A stretch of DNA of 64,000 nt from the IMG/VR virus record IMGVR_UViG_3300033463_000025, positions 1 to 64,000 of that record, one strand, 5' to 3'. The DNA is from a virus (lineage: Duplodnaviria; Caudoviricetes). The notes beneath the pieces were generated by a model, which made no database searches, had not been told where the DNA came from, and saw only the letters and a program-made list of their open reading frames with translations. Position numbers and translations under genes: made by a program. This document shows positions 1-9,493 of the stretch, piece by piece (position 1 is the stretch's first letter; every line of letters starts with the position of its first letter).

Positions 1-280
1 GTATGATGAACCTTTTTCAACAACAACAATCGACTCATATGCCCAAACGTTTAGCAGAATGTTAGGCAGACCCATGAACCCACATTGTTTACGTCATAGC
101 TTTACATCGGAATTACTTAGTAACGGTATTCCTGAAAGTGTTGTTTTAACAATAATGCACTGGAAAAATCTTGATATGGTGAAAGTGTACGACGATAGAA
201 CAGATGACGAACAGCTTGATAAATATTTTGGTGCTGAAGGAATAAAACAAGTTGAGAAAAAAGGATTAGAAGATTTGTAA
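1..280 (+). CDS. Tyrosine recombinase, C-terminal part (5'-truncated by the window edge)
   Basis: Frame is open from position 2; HCLRH ... HW ... VY catalytic box II and Tyr pattern. Confidence 0.8.
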   Translation, partial: YDEPFSTTTIDSYAQTFSRMLGRPMNPHCLRHSFTSELLSNGIPESVVLTIMHWKNLDMVKVYDDRTDDEQLDKYFGAEGIKQVEKKGLEDL

Positions 281-337
281 TGAGGACAACCACTCTGTAA
301 TAGGGTGATTTTTAATATACAAGAAAGGAGGAATTAT

Positions 338-2224
338 ATGGCTAATAATAACTTTCAAGCTCTTGTTCAGGCGATACTTGATAATAAATCGCTGGAAACT
401 GTTTCGGGACAGATTAAAGGGCTTGGGAGCACTCCTGTCAGATTAAGAAATGTAACCGTTGATACCGCTGAAGTTGCGAGGCAAATTCAAGAACAGTTAA
501 ACGGAATGTCGTTTAATATTCGCATAAGTGGTCTTAATAACAGTAACGGCGGTGGTAATGGTAATCCAATTCACACTCAAGTTCAAAGCATCGTGAATGA
601 TATTGACCTCGTAAATGGTGGATTGAGCCACATGAGAGATATGTTACAAGGTGCTGGCTTCAATAAAAGTTCAATTCAAGCTCTAACAAACGAACTTGAT
701 AGAATGAGCATTACTGCAACGCGGCTTAAAACCACTATGTTAGAAGACGGCTCTATTCGTATGACGATTACAGGCGTTGATGAACTTGGTCGTGCTGTTA
801 ATCTTGTTCGTGAGTTTGATAAAGAAACAGGTAGAGTTACATATACTACGAAAACGTTTACACAAGAACTTGCGACTTCACAAGCCACGCTAAAGGCTAT
901 GGAGAAAATCAATCTTGGTATTGATACTGGTGATTTTCAAACTAAGTTAGATGGAGTTTTAGACAACTTTACTCGTCTTAGTACGGTTACACCAGCTCTT
1001 AGTAACAACATGGCATCTCTGCAAACAGCATTTGAAACTATGTCTAATACTGAAAGTTCAAACCAAGAACGCATCGAGGCGTGGGAAAGATTTAGAAGTT
1101 TACTACCGATAGTAAATGCACAAATCAATCAAGTTGCAGGCTCTGAACGCGATGCCGCCGCCGCCGCAAGAGAAATTGATATTGCACAACAAACTCTCAC
1201 AAAATCGTCTACGCTATCAAATGAAATATTAGCGTGGATGAATAGCAATACTGAAGCGGCGAAGCTCTTTGGAAATCAGCTATATCAATTAAGAGAACAG
1301 CTTTCTAATAATACCGACCCAACAGCACTTACTCAAATTAGGCTTGAGTTTAATAAAATAAAAGCAGAAGCTAAAGCGGCAACAGCTACATCTTCTAATT
1401 TTGGTGCAGAATTAAAACGTTCGCTTTTAATTTCTGCTGGTGTTGGTAGTACGGTAATGATGGTACAAAAATTAGTTCGTACTATCAAAGAAGGAATTAA
1501 AACTGTAACGGAATTAAATGATGCTATGGTTGAGTTCCGTATTGTTACAGACGGAACGGAAGCGTCATATAAGAAATTCTACAACACAGTAATCAATACC
1601 GCAAAAGAAATAGCGGGTTCTGCTTCTGATTTAATATCATCGTCAACTGTGTACGCTCGACTTGGTTATTCAATGGAAGAGTCACAAATATTAGCGAAAT
1701 ACACACAGATGTTGCAGAACGTTGGTGATGTTGATGTAACCACAGCGCAAAACGCTATTACCGCATTAACTAAAGCATATGGAATTGGCGTTACTGACAT
1801 TGAAGAGGTTATGGATAAACTCGTAGTCGTAGGTAACAATTTCCCCATCAGTGTTGAAGAAATCTCCACGGCTATCAATAATGCTGGTAGTATGTTAGCG
1901 TCTGCTGGTAATAGCTACGAGCAAGCATTTGCATTACTCACATCAGCCAACACAACCGTTCAGGATATATCAAGAGCCTCAACAGGTTTAAGAACTATTG
2001 CGGCTCGTATTCGTAATACTAAAGCAGAATTAGATGATTTAGGTGAAACCGTTACAAAGGTTGAATACGACGCTATGATTCAAGCACTTACGGATTATGG
2101 CGTTTCTATAACTGATGTAAACGGCGAATTTAGAAGTACATACGATATTGTACAGGATTTGTCGCACGTTTGGGGTGATTTATCAGACCAAGAACAAGCG
2201 GCTATTGCCAAAATGATTGCGGGT
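338..2224 (+). CDS. Tail tape measure protein, exon 1
   Basis: ATG at 338 after AAAGGAGG; TP901-type tape-measure core (ARLGYS, GNNFPIS, GLRTIAAR, FRSTYDI); joins exon 2 in frame as IAG|TRQQN. Confidence 0.85.
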
Positions 2225-2616
2225 AGACAAGTACCCGTGCGTACAGAAATGTGCGCTTAGTACACATTTAATTGCAGGTAAATCCTAAAGCCCTTATACC
2301 ACAATAGCGGAGAAATCACGTTATGACGGTTGCTGAAAGGCAGAAACAAGTTAAGGGATAGAATACGGACAAAATCCTAAGTTCTGTATAATGGAAGCTC
2401 TGCAACGAAGCTCCTAAGTCTTATGATATGGAGAACGCTCAACGACTATCCCCGAAAGGGACACGCATCGCGTGTCAATAGGAGTACGGCGCAAATAAAT
2501 GGCGTGGGTGAAAACCCCTTAAATGGAAAAGGTGTGGCTCTAACGGATATTGCCGAGGGCTGAGAAATAGTCTAATCTTATGTGAAAACATAAGCGGATT
2601 TATTATTTGATTAAAT

Positions 2617-2799
2617 ATGAAAAAATTTTACAATGTGTCATCTGTTCGGATGGCACGTTTTCTTTATTCACTGGGTTTTGATAAAGAAAGCTATTATGAC
2701 AAAGACGGAAAAGAACGGTGGCGTTTTGAAAAAACAGACAACCTTATGGAGTCAGTTAGATTTTATAAGGAAATGCGCCGTAGAAACGATTATAGATAG
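2617..2799 (+). CDS. Small intron-encoded protein (DUF5659-like pattern)
   Basis: 60-aa ORF in the P9.1 loop; MARFLYSLGF...WRFEKT pattern; weak RBS. Confidence 0.55.
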   Translation: MKKFYNVSSVRMARFLYSLGFDKESYYDKDGKERWRFEKTDNLMESVRFYKEMRRRNDYR

Positions 2800-2810
2800 G
2801 AGTAGTACAT

Positions 2811-3845
2811 ATGGCAATACATGGCAAATATTCGGAAGCTGAACTGAATTTTCTTATTCAAAACTATCCTACTATGGAATGGGATGAACTAATTAGCGGT
2901 TTAGCAAAAATTAGTGGACATAAACGTAGTAAGGCTTCAATATTAGCAAAAGCATCAAAGTTAAAAATACCAAGACTTATTTATGGTAATTATTCAGAGC
3001 ATGAAGATAATTTGATTCGACAAGTATATGCCTCATCTGTTGAGACGACATTACTAAAGAATTTACAAAAACTTGTCGATGATGAAATGCCACATAGAAC
3101 ATTAAAGGCTGTTATATCTCGTGCAAATACACTTAAATTAAAACTTCGTCAAGAATGGACAGAAGATGAAATAGCTTTTCTTAAAAACAATTATCATAAA
3201 TTGACAATTAAACAGTTGGCAAATGAACTTCCTAAAAGGAGCAAAACTGCTATATATAATAAGATGATTAAATTGAATTTGTTGGATGCTCCAACCTTTG
3301 CTTATTCTGAACAAGATATTGCTTTTATTAAAGATAACTATGCAAATATGAGCGATGAAGAGATAGGGAAAATACTACATAGGTCTGCAAATGGGATAAA
3401 AGAGTGTAGAAGAAAATATGGTATTTATCGTCAAGACCCCAATCAAGGAACGAATTATAAGTGCATTTTAAGATTTGTCCAAGCACATAATTCAGATTGG
3501 AAAAAGAGGTCTATGAAAGCGTGTAACTATAGATGTATAATAACAGGAGAAATTTTTGACGATATTCACCATTTATATTCAAAAAACATGATATTAAATG
3601 CCGCGTTGGATAGATTAGGAATACCTTATGATTTAGATATAAATACTTGTTCAGATGAAACAAAAGAAAAGATACTAAAAGAATTTTTGATTGAGCAAGA
3701 CAAATACCCATTGGGTGTTTGTTTAAAGGCAAATCTCCATCATAGATTTCACGCGAAATATGGTTTTGGATATAATACACCAGAACAATTTGAAGAATAT
3801 GTGAAAGCCATTACCCAGAGTGGTATTCACAATAAAGTAGCATAA
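2811..3845 (+). CDS. Intron-encoded HNH homing endonuclease with N-terminal Myb/HTH-like repeats
   Basis: RBS TAGGAG; repeats (Y/W)(S/T)ExExxFLxxNY; C-terminal CIITG...IHH...GVCL...HHRFH. Confidence 0.8.
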   Translation: MAIHGKYSEAELNFLIQNYPTMEWDELISGLAKISGHKRSKASILAKASKLKIPRLIYGNYSEHEDNLIRQVYASSVETTLLKNLQKLVDDEMPHRTLKAVISRANTLKLKLRQEWTEDEIAFLKNNYHKLTIKQLANELPKRSKTAIYNKMIKLNLLDAPTFAYSEQDIAFIKDNYANMSDEEIGKILHRSANGIKECRRKYGIYRQDPNQGTNYKCILRFVQAHNSDWKKRSMKACNYRCIITGEIFDDIHHLYSKNMILNAALDRLGIPYDLDINTCSDETKEKILKEFLIEQDKYPLGVCLKANLHHRFHAKYGFGYNTPEQFEEYVKAITQSGIHNKVA

Positions 3846-3894
3846 AAGAATAATAATATCCGAGCAAGAGTTATGACCTTGCTAAATATAATTG

Positions 3895-6800
3895 ACTCGT
3901 CAACAGAATATCCTGTACTCATTAATCACACAATTCCAAGAAGCTGAGGGCGCGATGTCGGCTATGGAAGACAGTGCTGGTACGTTATCAAGTTCATATC
4001 AGGAATATATGGATGGCATAACGGCACACACTCAACAATTCCAAGCATCGCTTGACCAACTGGCTACAACGACTTTTGATAATGAATCAATCAAAGGACT
4101 CGTTGATGCGGGTACATTGTTAATAAACGTACTCAATGGAATAATTGACATATTTGGCGTATTCCCTGTTGCAATAGCAGGAATAGGAATAGCTAAGTTA
4201 ATAAAAGATTTTGAACAATTAAAAATCTTAGGACTACAAGGCGCAACAAGTATGGATGCGGTTATAGTTGCTACTCAAGGAATGACTCTTGAGAATACAA
4301 AAGCCGCATTGGTATTAAGTAAATTAGAAGCCGAAGAAGTTGCAGATATATTAGTAAAAAAAGGATTAACGCAAGCTGAAGCTGACGAGGCGGCGGCTAC
4401 AATCATTAGTGCGAGAGCAGATAATACTGCCGCCGCAAGTACGGTAGCATATACATCTGCAACTGGTGGATTAACAACTGCGTTAAAGGGATTGTGGACT
4501 ACGATGAAAGCAAATCCCATCCTTTTAGTTATTGCCGCTGTAACTGCCGCAATTAGTCTTTTTAGTACAATTAAAGATAAAATAGAAGAAAGCAGACAAG
4601 CGGCAATAGATGCAGGTAAAACTGTTACTGATACTTCTTCTCAATTAAATACACTTATTGATAGTTATAAGCAATTAGCTTCAAAAGGTATCAATGATGT
4701 AAAATCACGTCAACAAGCCGCGAAAATCCAAAGTGATATTACAGATTTAGTCGGAGCGCAAGCGGCAAACTTGGATTTGGTTAATGGCAAACTCGACACT
4801 GAGCTTGGTAAGCTAAAGGATATTAATGCAGAAGTAGTAGATATTGCGACATTACAATCTGCTTATGAAAATGCCAAAAACAACACTAAAGATAAAAGTA
4901 AGGTAGATTTAAAGTCGCCTTTAGATTTCTCTGGAAACGGTCACGATATTAAAGTCCGAACTGAAGTGATGGAAAATCTTAGCAAAGAAAAAAGAGACTT
5001 GGTAAAAGACATATTTAAAGAATCCATCGGAAATAAAGGAGAAATTCAAGACGAATCTGAATGGTGGCAATTCCATGTTGATTTTACTAACTTAGCAGAA
5101 GAAGACTATAAATCTCGTTTGGAAATCTATAATACTATTATTGAAAACCTTAGGAAAAATGGATTTAATGATGATGATAGACTTTATTCAGAATTTCTTT
5201 CTCAAAAGAATAATTTGCAAGAGTTGTATAATCAACAAACAGAAGCCGCTAATAATTTAATATCTGGCTTAGTTCAAAATAAATACTATTCCCAAGAAAC
5301 AGATGTTTCATCTATGGAAGAATATCTTGCACTTAGAAATAAGATGATAAACGAAATTAGAAGTGAAGGTTCAGTTCAAGATATGCTCGCTGATAATTCT
5401 ATAAGTGCAGAAGATATAGAAAAAAGGGTTGATACATACCTTTCTGGTTTGGGTGAATACTCCGATTATTACGAGGAATGGTATTCAAAATTTGGTTCTG
5501 ATATTGCTAAAACGACCAACGATGTTAAAGAAACCTTATTATTAAATAATGTTTTCTCTGAAGCTAAATCCCAAGCTGAATACGATGCAAAATCAACCAT
5601 AGCTAAGGATATTGAAAGTTGGTATGATGGATTAACTAATAAAGACCGAGAAATAGTTTACAAGATTAAAATGGAGCGCGAGGGCGAAACAGATAATTGG
5701 TCGCTCGATAAGTGGAAAGAAGAAATAGCAAACTGGAAACCGTCTGAATCAGAAAAAATCTCGTTCAGTGATTTAATTAAAGACGATGGTTTTAAAACCA
5801 AAATTGATGATTATAAAGATAGCATCACTGATTTAGATGATACCCTTGACGATTTGCGTAGTGGCGACCTATCAGAAGACGATAAGATTGCGCTCTTTGA
5901 AAAATTCCCGCAACTCGCAAGCCAAGCCGACGACCTTGACAGCGCGATAGTAAGCCTTATCGAAGATTTTGAATCTGACGCTATTGAAGATTTCAACGAA
6001 CAGCTTGATTACATGGACACCGACGATGATGTGACCGCTTTAAATAATCTTAAAGATAGCCTCTTAGGATTAGCGAAAACTAAAAACGGCGTGTCTACAT
6101 TGAGCGACGAACTCTCCAAACTTAAAACAATTCTCGATGATGTATCTGACACCTATTCAGATATGAAGACCATTATAGACGATTACAACGAAAACGGCTA
6201 TCTTACTTTAGACAACTTGCAATCTATAATGGACATGGAGCCTGAATACATCAACCTGCTTATGGACGAGAACGGTCAAATCAACCTTAATTCGCAGGCT
6301 TATAAAAACTATGTAATTGCTAAAACAAAGGCTTTACTTGTAAATGAATTACAAGATTTATATAGCTCTGTTCTTGGCATGAAGGTTGAAGAAGCTCAGG
6401 CTTATGCCAACGCAAAAGCGTACAACGAAGAAACTCGTAGCGTACAAGACTTACTCACAGCTACTACGCAGTTGTATTATGCAAAGGCTATGGCTAAGGA
6501 TAGCGCAAATCATACCACGGCTTATACAGATGCTATGAAGCGTTCGTTTAGTACGGCGGCGAATTATGCTTCTATGGTGGACGAGTACATTAATAGTTTG
6601 TCTACCTCACAGAATGAGTTTAGCACATCGACCAGTGAAACAACTTCTGCGCTTGAGGCTCAAAAGGAAGCTCTTGAATCCCAGAAGGATGCACTCGAAG
6701 ACTACAAGGACGGACTTGAGGACGCTAAGGATGCACTCGAAGATTATAAGGACGGATTAGAGGACGCACAATCAAAACTGCAATCTTTAATTGACCTCAC

Positions 6801-8304
6801 GAGCGATTATATTAAGCAGAAAAAGAACGACGAGAAGGATGCGCTGAACGACCAAATCGACGCTCTGAACGACCAGAAGGATGCACTCGACGACGAGAAG
6901 GACGCATATGCTGACGTAATCGACAAGCGTAAAGAGGCGTTACGACTTGCCAAAGAAGAACGCGAAGAAGCAGATAAATTAGCCGACAAACAAAAAGCTG
7001 TTGCTAAAGATGCACTCGCCCTTGCTGTGGCGAATCTTGATGACAGCTCGGCTGGTAGGAAATCTCAAAAGGTTGCCGCAGACAATCTTGCGGAATCCAA
7101 CAAAGACCTTGAAGACTATCTGTACGAGCAGTCATATGACAAACAGATTGCCGCGCTTGAGGAAGAACAAGAAAGATTTGAAGAAACGATTGAACGGCGC
7201 AAAGAGCTGATTGATGAGCAAGTTGCTAAAATCGAAGCCGCCATTGACGAAATAGAAGATTATCTCGATAACGAGCGCAAAATCTATGAAGACGCTTGCG
7301 AGATGATTGATAATGATAATGGCGAATTGTACGGTAATCTGTGGAATTATACTTATACTTATACCACTAAAACTCGTGCGGAATTTGATAAGCTGTGGTC
7401 TGATGCACAAGCCGCGATTCAAGCGTATCAAGGTGATAATGAATCACTTATCTCTGTTATGGAAAATCTGCAACAAAAGATTTACGATACAGATAGTGAA
7501 ATTTCAGACTTAAATACGCAGATTGATGAATGTAGTGACCAAATAGATATTTTAGACACGGCAATTAGTAATACGAGCGATGCAATTAATAGCACGTCGG
7601 GTGCTATTGATAATGTGTCGAGTAGCTTAGGTGGACTTGCTTCAAATATCTCTGCGTATAAAGCCGCATTAGACGCTTTAGCACAAACTAATGATGATAG
7701 TGGTGTTCCTTCTAATGCTAAGTGGACGTTTGAATACGCTGATAATAACGGTAATATACGAACTGCTTGGACTACGAGTAGTGATTTTGAAACCGCTGTA
7801 AGAGATATTCAAGGTGTAATTGAAAGAGAAACAGGATATTACAGACCTGATGTATATGGTGGCATTAAGAAACACTATGCTTCTGGTACATATAGCTCTG
7901 CTGGCGGCTTGTCAATCACTCAGGAGGATGCACTTGAAGCAATCTTTGGTAAGCTCCGCAACGGTCAATATACCTTACTAAACGAAGGTTCTCACGTCTT
8001 CAACGGCGATGCAACTCAAAACTTGCATGAATTTGCTGATAATCCTGCAAGATTCTTAGCACAGTATCAAAACTATGGTGGATATTTGGCAAAGAATTAC
8101 GGTAATACAGAATCAGGAATTAGAAGCGTTACAAGTGGTTCGCATAGAGTTTATGGTGATATAAACTTTAATCCTGCTCCGATTTACATTCAAGGAAAAG
8201 TTGATGATACAACGTTAGGTAAATTAGATAAACAAGAAAAGAGAAGATATGAAGTGTTCAAGAAACAGTTTATGGCAGAAATGCTCAAAGAACAACGGCA
8301 GTAA
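3895..8304 (+). CDS. Tail tape measure protein, exon 2 (spliced product about 2098 aa)
   Basis: Long helical/coiled-coil ORF with hydrophobic stretches and heptad repeats; no RBS of its own; in frame with exon 1. Confidence 0.85.
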   Translation, partial: TRQQNILYSLITQFQEAEGAMSAMEDSAGTLSSSYQEYMDGITAHTQQFQASLDQLATTTFDNESIKGLVDAGTLLINVLNGIIDIFGVFPVAIAGIGIAKLIKDFEQLKILGLQGATSMDAVIVATQGMTLENTKAALVLSKLEAEEVADILVKKGLTQAEADEAAATIISARADNTAAASTVAYTSATGGLTTALKGLWTTMKANPILLVIAAVTAAISLFSTIKDKIEESRQAAIDAGKTVTDTSSQLNTLIDSYKQLASKGINDVKSRQQAAKIQSDITDLVGAQAANLDLVNGKLDTELGKLKDINAEVVDIATLQSAYENAKNNTKDKSKVDLKSPLDFSGNGHDIKVRTEVMENLSKEKRDLVKDIFKESIGNKGEIQDESEWWQFHVDFTNLAEEDYKSRLEIYNTIIENLRKNGFNDDDRLYSEFLSQKNNLQELYNQQTEAANNLISGLVQNKYYSQETDVSSMEEYLALRNKMINEIRSEGSVQDMLADNSISAEDIEKRVDTYLSGLGEYSDYYEEWYSKFGSDIAKTTNDVKETLLLNNVFSEAKSQAEYDAKSTIAKDIESWYDGLTNKDREIVYKIKMEREGETDNWSLDKWKEEIANWKPSESEKISFSDLIKDDGFKTKIDDYKDSITDLDDTLDDLRSGDLSEDDKIALFEKFPQLASQADDLDSAIVSLIEDFESDAIEDFNEQLDYMDTDDDVTALNNLKDSLLGLAKTKNGVSTLSDELSKLKTILDDVSDTYSDMKTIIDDYNENGYLTLDNLQSIMDMEPEYINLLMDENGQINLNSQAYKNYVIAKTKALLVNELQDLYSSVLGMKVEEAQAYANAKAYNEETRSVQDLLTATTQLYYAKAMAKDSANHTTAYTDAMKRSFSTAANYASMVDEYINSLSTSQNEFSTSTSETTSALEAQKEALESQKDALEDYKDGLEDAKDALEDYKDGLEDAQSKLQSLIDLTSDYIKQKKNDEKDALNDQIDALNDQKDALDDEKDAYADVIDKRKEALRLAKEEREEADKLADKQKAVAKDALALAVANLDDSSAGRKSQKVAADNLAESNKDLEDYLYEQSYDKQIAALEEEQERFEETIERRKELIDEQVAKIEAAIDEIEDYLDNERKIYEDACEMIDNDNGELYGNLWNYTYTYTTKTRAEFDKLWSDAQAAIQAYQGDNESLISVMENLQQKIYDTDSEISDLNTQIDECSDQIDILDTAISNTSDAINSTSGAIDNVSSSLGGLASNISAYKAALDALAQTNDDSGVPSNAKWTFEYADNNGNIRTAWTTSSDFETAVRDIQGVIERETGYYRPDVYGGIKKHYASGTYSSAGGLSITQEDALEAIFGKLRNGQYTLLNEGSHVFNGDATQNLHEFADNPARFLAQYQNYGGYLAKNYGNTESGIRSVTSGSHRVYGDINFNPAPIYIQGKVDDTTLGKLDKQEKRRYEVFKKQFMAEMLKEQRQ
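6686..6768 (+). repeat. 42-bp near-tandem repeat encoding KDALEDYKDGLEDA x2 in the tape measure protein
   Basis: AAGGATGCACTCGAAGAYTAYAAGGACGGA seen twice, 42 nt apart. Confidence 0.8.
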
Positions 8305-8326
8305 AACGAAAGGAAGTGGTTAAACA

Positions 8327-9493
8327 ATGAGCAAATTTGATGTTTTTGAATATGCTGGCAAAAGTTCAAGCATATACAACCTTGTTTCTTGTGAAATAAA
8401 CAAGGATTATAACAACATTATTTCTGGTGCTGAATACGAGCCTTCCGTTGATACCCTTCCCCACTCTGTTAATCAATTACTCTTGGGGCTTGACTATTCT
8501 GACAAGCCCCTTGAATTTGACTTAGAAATCGTGAATCCCGATGAAAATATCCCTGACACTCAAGTTGAAGAAATCAAGGATTGGTTATTCGGGCAAAACG
8601 GTTGGAAAAAGTTTGTTTTGATTAACGAGAGGCAAAGATATTATTTGAGAGCTTTACTTATCCCATCGGAAGATATATTTGACGTTAATGGACAGCGTGG
8701 GTTTAGATGTAAGCTGAGAAATGATAGTGGTTTTTGGTACAAAGATGAGGATATCGAAATACCTCTCACCTATTCTTCGACCAATATTTATTCGATTATT
8801 GAAAAGACTATAGACTTGGATTATATTCCCGACAGAATGGAGATTAATCCGAAAATCAAATTCAGCACATATGCTCCAAGCATCAAGAAAACAGTTGATA
8901 TTGTAGCTTCTGAAGACAACAAATTAACAATTACCGATTCAGACGGAACGCCTCATTCAGTTTCAGTTATACATGATGGTGGTAATTATCAAGATGAAAT
9001 CACTGGTTCATATGATAGAAATACTCATGTATTTACAGTAACTAACCCATCGAGTACAAATCAAATTATGTCAGGTTATACTTATACAGCTACTTATTGG
9101 ATAAAGCAAGATAATGATAGCGGATATTATTGGAAAGAAAATTGTAATTTCAATCTATTAATAATAAACACATTAAATGATTCTGTTATGGCTTTTGACG
9201 GAGTTGATGAACAGTTTGACGTTGTAGTAGATTGCTTATATGGAACTTACACAATGATACAAAATGGAGCAGAAACAGAACATAATCTTAAATATCCTCC
9301 ATTTATTGATAATGATACCAAATATTCAAACTTGTTTTATCTTTCACGCGGACAAAATCAGTTTAAAATATATATGAGGTTATGGCTGGATGGGAACGGA
9401 GTATTTTATACTCATAATCAAGCTAATAACGGAATCGTTGATGATAAGATAATTATTTCATTTACGTCACTTCATAGGATTGGGGGATTCTAA
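8327..9493 (+). CDS. Distal tail (Dit)-like protein with an inserted beta module
   Basis: Directly after the tape measure gene; F.Y.GK.S N-terminus, IKDWLF, LSRGQNQFKI. Confidence 0.7.
   Translation: MSKFDVFEYAGKSSSIYNLVSCEINKDYNNIISGAEYEPSVDTLPHSVNQLLLGLDYSDKPLEFDLEIVNPDENIPDTQVEEIKDWLFGQNGWKKFVLINERQRYYLRALLIPSEDIFDVNGQRGFRCKLRNDSGFWYKDEDIEIPLTYSSTNIYSIIEKTIDLDYIPDRMEINPKIKFSTYAPSIKKTVDIVASEDNKLTITDSDGTPHSVSVIHDGGNYQDEITGSYDRNTHVFTVTNPSSTNQIMSGYTYTATYWIKQDNDSGYYWKENCNFNLLIINTLNDSVMAFDGVDEQFDVVVDCLYGTYTMIQNGAETEHNLKYPPFIDNDTKYSNLFYLSRGQNQFKIYMRLWLDGNGVFYTHNQANNGIVDDKIIISFTSLHRIGGF

Larger units (their letters stand above)
2225..3894 (+). mobile_element. Group I (IA-like) self-splicing intron in the tape measure gene
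   Basis: P4 TTGCAG(2272)/CTGCAA(2400); R element TCAACGACTA(2439) and S element AAATAGTCTA with P7 GACTA(2444)/TAGTC(2568); GAAA-capped P2 and P9; P9.1 CGGAT(2595)/ATCCG(3858); terminal G at 3894; IGS AGTACCCG is the reverse complement of the ligated junction CGGGT|ACT. Confidence 0.9.

Noticed and set aside
2237-2256. GTGCG motifs suggesting a group II intron 5' end
   Set aside because: They form the P2 hairpin; group I P/Q/R/S elements and a terminal G are present, and no domain V or intron RT was found
305-8304. Two separate tape measure genes, or a pseudogene
   Set aside because: Intron removal restores a single frame; the 3892 start has no RBS
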